A stretch of DNA of 5,700 nt from a virus. The notes beneath the pieces were generated by a model, which saw nothing but the letters and a program-made list of their open reading frames with translations, searched no databases and had not been told where the DNA came from. The position numbers were made by a program, and so were the translations under genes. Each line of letters opens with the position of its first letter. Within the stretch, counting starts at the first letter, position 1. This document shows, one piece after another, positions 4,563-5,700 of this stretch. The DNA lies in IMG/VR virus record IMGVR_UViG_3300050014_000428, positions 1 through 5,700 of that record; one strand, given 5' to 3'.

Positions 4563-4622
4563 ATGGGCTTATGGGTCATCGTGGCGGTGTTGGGGGCGAC
4601 ATGGTTGATTTTCAGCGCGTAG
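4563..4622 (+). CDS. Possible hydrophobic micro-ORF (19 aa from ATG 4563, 21 aa from ATG 4557), a pVII/pIX-like candidate
   Basis: GAGGG (4551-4555) lies 7 nt upstream of ATG 4563. Translation: (MT)MGLWVIVAVLGATWLIFSA, stop TAG 4620-4622. It overlaps the preferred pIII start (4601) in another frame. It is very short, so chance cannot be excluded. Confidence 0.3.
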   Translation: MGLWVIVAVLGATWLIFSA

Positions 4623-5700
4623 GGCGGCTTTTTCTTTGCTTTCTCTTTGGCGTGCTTCTCGTTGGTGTGCCGATGCTTGCGCGTGCTGAAACTATTGCTG
4701 CGACCTATAACGGTACGGCGGTCGCGGTTGCTGGTGGTTCGCCAATTACCTATGGGGGTATTGGTTTGCAGGGAGCGTTTTCGTCTGCGGATGCGGCGTG
4801 CAATTCGCTTGTTGCGGGTTCTCACGGTGATTCGGTTCCGGGCCCTCCTGCTAGTGGTTATATGTCGGTAAGTTTTCTATGCAAAAGTGCTGCGGGGGCG
4901 ACTGTGGTGGGTGCGCAAGCTAATTTTAGTTGTATACCGCCATCCGTTTCTACGGCTAGCTATTGCAAAATTCCGGCGGGTTATTCCTGTCCGGGTGGTC
5001 AGAACTGGACGCTCGCGGGTTCTAGTTGTTCTCGACCGGATTGTGTTGCGCCGCAAGTGCGTGATTCTGCGACTGGTGTTTGTAATGCGCCTGCGTGTCC
5101 TGTTGCGGGTACTACGGTCGGCGCGGTAGGTCAGATTTCTAGCGGTTTGGGTCAGATAGGCGGTGCGGGCACGATTTGCATTTCGTCTTGTGTGGTTTCG
5201 CCGTCGGGTGGTTGTGAAAGTGTTCATAACACTGCGGGGTGGAAATACTTTTGTCATGGTCCTTTTGTTGTTACTGGCACGAGTTGCACGGGTGCGGATG
5301 TTGCTGTGCCTCCGACTGATCCGGCTTATAAATGCGCGCAACAGGGTATGCAATCGGGTACGGTTAATGGCGCTGTGGTGTGTGTTCCTGCGGATACGAC
5401 CCAACAAACTAAGCCGGAAACTGACGTTAAAACACCGGGCACCGGGCCGGCAGCGACTGATAATTCAACGGCAACCACGGTCTGTACGGGGGATGGTTCT
5501 TGTACGACGACGACGATAACTACGACAACGCAAGGTGGATCGGGGCCGGGGGGGACGGGGCCGGGTTCGACTACCAGTCCGCCGACTACTGATGTCAAGA
5601 CTGAGCCGAAAACAACCTTTTGTGCGGAACATCCAACGGATTCGACGTGTAAAGCTGCTGATAGCACATTTCAAGGGTCATGCGGTGCGGGGATTAGTGG
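4601..5700 (+). CDS. pIII-like minor coat / adsorption protein, N-terminal part (runs off the window end and continues at 1-503; ~491 aa in total)
   Basis: The frame (position mod 3 = 2) has no stop from 4490 to the window end. It is absent from the ORF track because it never terminates in the window. ATG 4601 gives MVDFQRVGRLFLCFLFGVLLVGVPMLARA / ETIAATYNG, a Sec-type signal peptide with a basic n-region, hydrophobic core and A-R-A site. The mature part is Cys-rich and carries a Thr/Gly/Pro linker TTTTITTTTQGGSGPGGTGPGSTTSPPTT (5504-5590). 973 nt plus 503 nt equals 492 codons, so the frame is continuous over the junction. Alternative starts are ATG 4571, GTG 4652 and ATG 4673. Confidence 0.8.
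   Translation, partial: MVDFQRVGRLFLCFLFGVLLVGVPMLARAETIAATYNGTAVAVAGGSPITYGGIGLQGAFSSADAACNSLVAGSHGDSVPGPPASGYMSVSFLCKSAAGATVVGAQANFSCIPPSVSTASYCKIPAGYSCPGGQNWTLAGSSCSRPDCVAPQVRDSATGVCNAPACPVAGTTVGAVGQISSGLGQIGGAGTICISSCVVSPSGGCESVHNTAGWKYFCHGPFVVTGTSCTGADVAVPPTDPAYKCAQQGMQSGTVNGAVVCVPADTTQQTKPETDVKTPGTGPAATDNSTATTVCTGDGSCTTTTITTTTQGGSGPGGTGPGSTTSPPTTDVKTEPKTTFCAEHPTDSTCKAADSTFQGSCGAGIS
5574..5700. repeat. Terminal direct repeat, copy 2 (identical to 1-127)
   Basis: Same 127-nt string as the window start. It lies inside the pIII-like coding frame, so it is a circular-permutation or assembly overlap (or a tandem unit), not an att site. Confidence 0.95.

Larger units (their letters stand above)
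1..5573 (+). mobile_element. Complete genome unit of a small filamentous (inovirus-like) ssDNA phage or its replicative form; circular
   Basis: Gene content and order, all on one strand: HUH Rep, gV-like SSB, ~56-aa coat protein with signal peptide, terminator, Cys-rich pIII-like protein with C-terminal anchor, pVI-like membrane protein, P-loop Zot/pI ATPase, hairpin-rich intergenic region. The exact self-overlap of the window ends gives a unit length of 5,573 nt, and the pIII-like reading frame is continuous across the junction. Confidence 0.85.

Noticed and set aside
4316-5674. ORF-track entries 4316-4825(-), 4647-4871(+), 4877-5407(-), 4887-5129(+), 5163-5519(+), 5326-5667(-), 5465-5674(-)
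   Set aside because: Their translations are dominated by Arg/Thr/Val runs (RRRK, RTRRR, VVVVIVVVV) with no protein-like pattern. All of them lie over the coat gene or the long pIII-like frame, whose product has a signal peptide, Cys pattern, linker and anchor. They are alternative-frame or antisense shadows caused by the skewed codon composition.
1-5700. CRISPR arrays, tRNA/rRNA genes, insertion-sequence ends
   Set aside because: There are no spacer-repeat periodicity, no cloverleaf-like segments, and no terminal inverted repeats flanking a transposase. The only long repeat is the 127-nt end overlap, explained by circularity.

Overview
The window holds one complete 5,573-nt unit of a small circular filamentous-phage (inovirus-like) genome, plus a 127-nt exact repeat of its own beginning (1-127 = 5574-5700). 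The sequence therefore closes on itself inside the adsorption-protein gene. All convincing replication, structural and assembly genes are on the + strand in canonical inovirus order. They are: HUH rolling-circle Rep (2537-3664); gV-like ssDNA-binding protein (3791-4087); a 79-aa membrane ORF (4087-4326); a 56-aa major coat protein absent from the ORF track (4319-4489) followed by a rho-independent terminator; a possible 19-21 aa hydrophobic micro-ORF; a ~491-aa cysteine-rich pIII-like adsorption protein that wraps the window ends (4601-5700 plus 1-503); a pVI-like membrane protein (513-815); and a Zot/pI-type assembly ATPase (1046-2092). I saw no secretin, integrase, tRNA or CRISPR. Most other ORF-track entries are Arg/Cys-rich alternative-frame or antisense shadows of these genes. 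Four things deserve a second look. (1) A minus-strand ORF (3695-3402) has an N-terminal ~50 aa that reads like an Arc/Mnt-type ribbon-helix-helix repressor, and it overlaps the 3' end of rep antisense by 263 nt. (2) A ~230-bp AT-rich island lies between the pVI-like and pI genes and carries an array of direct and inverted TATGACA(A) repeats; further copies sit just upstream of the pIII gene and inside two coding regions. (3) A compact divergent control region (3696-3790) contains a perfect palindrome. (4) A hairpin-dense, GC-rich intergenic region upstream of rep contains a 9-bp inverted repeat across a promoter-like element. Functional assignments rest on motifs, composition and synteny read by eye. 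No database search was possible.
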